NCBI GenBank assembly: GCA_963768425.1
Contig: CAVYHV010000010.1
Coordinates: forward strand, 64,001 to 128,000
Source: Candidatus Bathyarchaeota archaeon
GTDB lineage: Archaea > Thermoproteota > Bathyarchaeia > Bathyarchaeales > Bathycorpusculaceae
Direction of reading: 5' to 3'
DNA: 64,000 nucleotides
This document shows positions 63,589 through 64,000 of this stretch, in pieces. Within the stretch, counting starts at the first letter, position 1. The number at the start of each line of letters is the position of its first letter. The notes under the pieces are model-generated. The model was not told where the DNA came from and ran no database searches. It was given only the letters and a program-made list of their open reading frames with translations. A program made the translations under genes and the position numbers.

Positions 63589-64000
63589 TTGACTACCAAT
63601 TACGCGCCTCTGGTCGGGGACAGTTACGCTCCTGAAAAAATACGTGTAATCATTCCTGTGGGTGGAAAAGCGACAAGGCTGCTGCCTTTGACGGCTGAAA
63701 CAAGTAAAGCCTGCTTGCGTTTGCTTAACAGGCCGCTGGTTGAGTTTTCGCTGCTGTCGTTGGCAAATCAGGGGATAAGAAACTTTATCTTTGGCGTGAA
63801 AGGCTACACGAACTACCGCGACCTATATGACTACTTTGAGTCTGGGTACGGCTTCAGCGCCCGCTACAACATTAAGCCGCGGATCCACATAAAGTATCAG
63901 CCCAACGTCGATGATTTGGGAAGCGCAGATTCCGCAAGGATAAATTTAGATTACTATGAGCTCAACAACCCTGTTTTCGCAGTGCAGGGCGACAACATCT
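63589..64000 (+). CDS. NDP-sugar synthase/nucleotidyltransferase (mannose-1-phosphate guanylyltransferase-like), runs off window
   Basis: IIPVGGKATRLLPLT..SKA..RLLNRPL, LGSAD, VQGDN. Confidence 0.88.
   Translation, partial: MTTNYAPLVGDSYAPEKIRVIIPVGGKATRLLPLTAETSKACLRLLNRPLVEFSLLSLANQGIRNFIFGVKGYTNYRDLYDYFESGYGFSARYNIKPRIHIKYQPNVDDLGSADSARINLDYYELNNPVFAVQGDNI

Noticed and set aside
1-64000. Genome-wide UGA recoding; intact integrase, transposase or reverse transcriptase
   Set aside because: Many intact genes terminate at TGA, and no ORF with recognisable mobility-enzyme motifs was found

Overview
Archaeal DNA, most likely a Bathyarchaeia-type TACK genome (inferred from bulge-helix-bulge tRNA introns, an ESCRT-III/CdvB gene, expanded TrmB/Lrp regulators and paralogous large surface proteins). 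Housekeeping genes sit at both ends: pfkA and a two-intron tRNA-Tyr on the left, cdvB/Snf7 and an NDP-sugar nucleotidyltransferase on the right. Downstream of an intact tRNA-Gly(GCC) at 12617 is a ~50 kb accessory mosaic with no recognisable integrase. It contains same-strand decayed tRNA copies and 3' fragments, a probable cas1-solo 3' remnant, three divergent regulator + ~900-aa surface protein modules, a TIR protein lacking the catalytic Glu, ABC-2 exporters, PAS histidine kinases, beta-propeller proteins and an arsenic-resistance cluster. The least explained structure is a non-coding array at 61.45-62.18 kb: four ~185-bp units, each a block of strictly 10-bp-period tandem repeats (three different 10-mer types) followed by the same conserved motif. 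Many genes carry 1-bp frameshifts, consistent with long-read errors, so pseudogene calls are provisional. No searches were run; family names come from motif recognition.
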